Virus record (IMG/VR): IMGVR_UViG_3300034067_000085
Coordinates: 1-5,691 of that record
From: a virus
DNA: 5,691 bases
Reading direction: 5' to 3' (one strand)
The notes beneath the pieces are model-generated. The model did not search any database. It saw nothing but the letters and a program-made list of their open reading frames with translations, and was not told where the DNA came from. A program made the translations under genes and the position numbers. This document shows positions 5,234-5,691 of the stretch, one piece after another. Positions within the stretch are counted from its first letter, which is position 1. The number at the start of each line of letters is the position of its first letter.

Positions 5234-5263
5234 ATGGCACCCCCTCTGACCTAAAGGCTCAAA

Positions 5264-5691
5264 ATGAAAACTTGGAATAGCCCTCAAGAACTGCTCGAAG
5301 CGGCCCGGAACTGGTTCTGGCCGCGCGCCAAGATGCAGGAGGTCCGCCGTCAGACCATGTTCTGTTACAAGGACGGACCTGCCTTCTTCCTCGGCCAACA
5401 AATCGTGAAAGCGATGCAGGATGCCGGGTTCCCTGCCAAGATCAGCGAATGCTATCGCTCCCCTGACCGTCAGGCCGAACTCAAGGCCAAGGGCCGGAGC
5501 AAGGCCGGGCCGTGGCGCAGCCCTCACCAGTTCTCTGAGGCGGTGGATATTATCCATCCGTCGAAGGGCTGGGACGTGCCCCCGGTCTACTGGGACACCC
5601 TCGCAGCGTGCGCCCGCTCTGTGGGCATCAAGCACGCGGTGGCCCTTGAACTTGGCTATGATTGGGGCTGGGACATGGCCCATATCGAAAT
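5264..5691 (+). CDS. M15-family (LAS-type) zinc peptidoglycan peptidase, putative endolysin: 5' part, running off the window end and continuing at nt 95 (5598-5691 duplicates 1-94)
   Basis: ATG 5264 is the first start after the in-frame TAA at 5252-5254, with AAGG at 5253-5256 upstream. Product is MKTWNSPQELLEAARNWF...ISECYRSPDRQAELKAKGRSKAGPWRSPHQFSEAVDIIHP...LGYDWGWDMAHIE. SPHQFSEAVD gives H-x6-D (His codon 5525-5527, Asp codon 5546-5548), and the later WDMAH supplies the third ligand. This is the arrangement of M15/VanY-type and phage T5-type L-alanoyl-D-glutamate peptidases. I see no N-terminal signal or transmembrane segment. Confidence 0.85.
   Translation, partial: MKTWNSPQELLEAARNWFWPRAKMQEVRRQTMFCYKDGPAFFLGQQIVKAMQDAGFPAKISECYRSPDRQAELKAKGRSKAGPWRSPHQFSEAVDIIHPSKGWDVPPVYWDTLAACARSVGIKHAVALELGYDWGWDMAHIE
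5598..5691. repeat. Terminal redundancy, copy 2 (identical to 1..94)
   Basis: Exact 94/94 match to the first 94 nt of the window. Confidence 0.97.

Noticed and set aside
5180-5254. 24-aa upstream ORF (MLSQARKKAQLARLGEQRMAPPLT) in the same frame as the peptidase gene, ending 9 nt before its ATG
   Set aside because: It has no SD. Its sequence is dictated by repeat unit 2, and unit 1 lacks the ATG. It is more likely incidental than a leader peptide.
5099-5683. 194-aa minus-strand ORF spanning the repeat region and the peptidase gene
   Set aside because: It is antisense to the peptidase gene, which has clear catalytic motifs on the + strand. Its 3' part simply reads through the palindromic hairpin repeats. 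It is a GC-driven shadow frame.

Overview
This window is one complete, circularly closed ssDNA microvirus genome (family Microviridae, gokushovirus-like gene set), not a stretch of bacterial chromosome. nt 1-94 are identical to nt 5598-5691, so the true unit is 5597 nt and the linearisation point falls inside a gene. All supportable genes are on the + strand and tightly packed. (1) A wrap-around 201-aa M15/LAS-type zinc peptidoglycan peptidase (5264..5597 joined to 1..272), a putative endolysin. (2) A 33-aa hyper-basic mini-ORF (338..439) absent from the ORF track, a candidate J/VP8-like DNA-condensing protein. (3) The HUH rolling-circle replication initiator (518..1741; HWHIILF and YVLKY motifs). 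(4) A possible alternative-frame ORF nested in the rep 3' end (1383..1841). (5) A 67-aa ORF with two hydrophobic segments (1880..2083), a candidate holin. (6) A VP2-like DNA pilot protein (2083..2982). (7) The major capsid protein (2979..4541). (8) A 170-aa acidic-tailed ORF (4538..5050), a possible internal scaffold. Genes 5 to 8 are chained by overlapping stop/start codons. Two structured non-coding regions stand out. One is a hairpin and short-repeat leader upstream of rep (417..508). The other is a 213-nt region upstream of the peptidase gene (5051..5263) with a perfect 18-bp palindrome and a 2 x 76-nt tandem duplication, each copy carrying two hairpins whose stems are exactly conserved. 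The rep catalytic core is visibly more AT-rich than the rest of the genome, which suggests module exchange. The points most worth follow-up are the muralytic enzyme plus candidate holin in a virus family classically thought to lyse without them, the unannotated J-like mini-ORF, and the duplicated hairpin module. I see no rRNA, tRNA, CRISPR, transposon or defence system. The long minus-strand ORFs look like GC-driven shadow frames. All functional calls rest on motif recognition and synteny by eye, because no homology search could be run.
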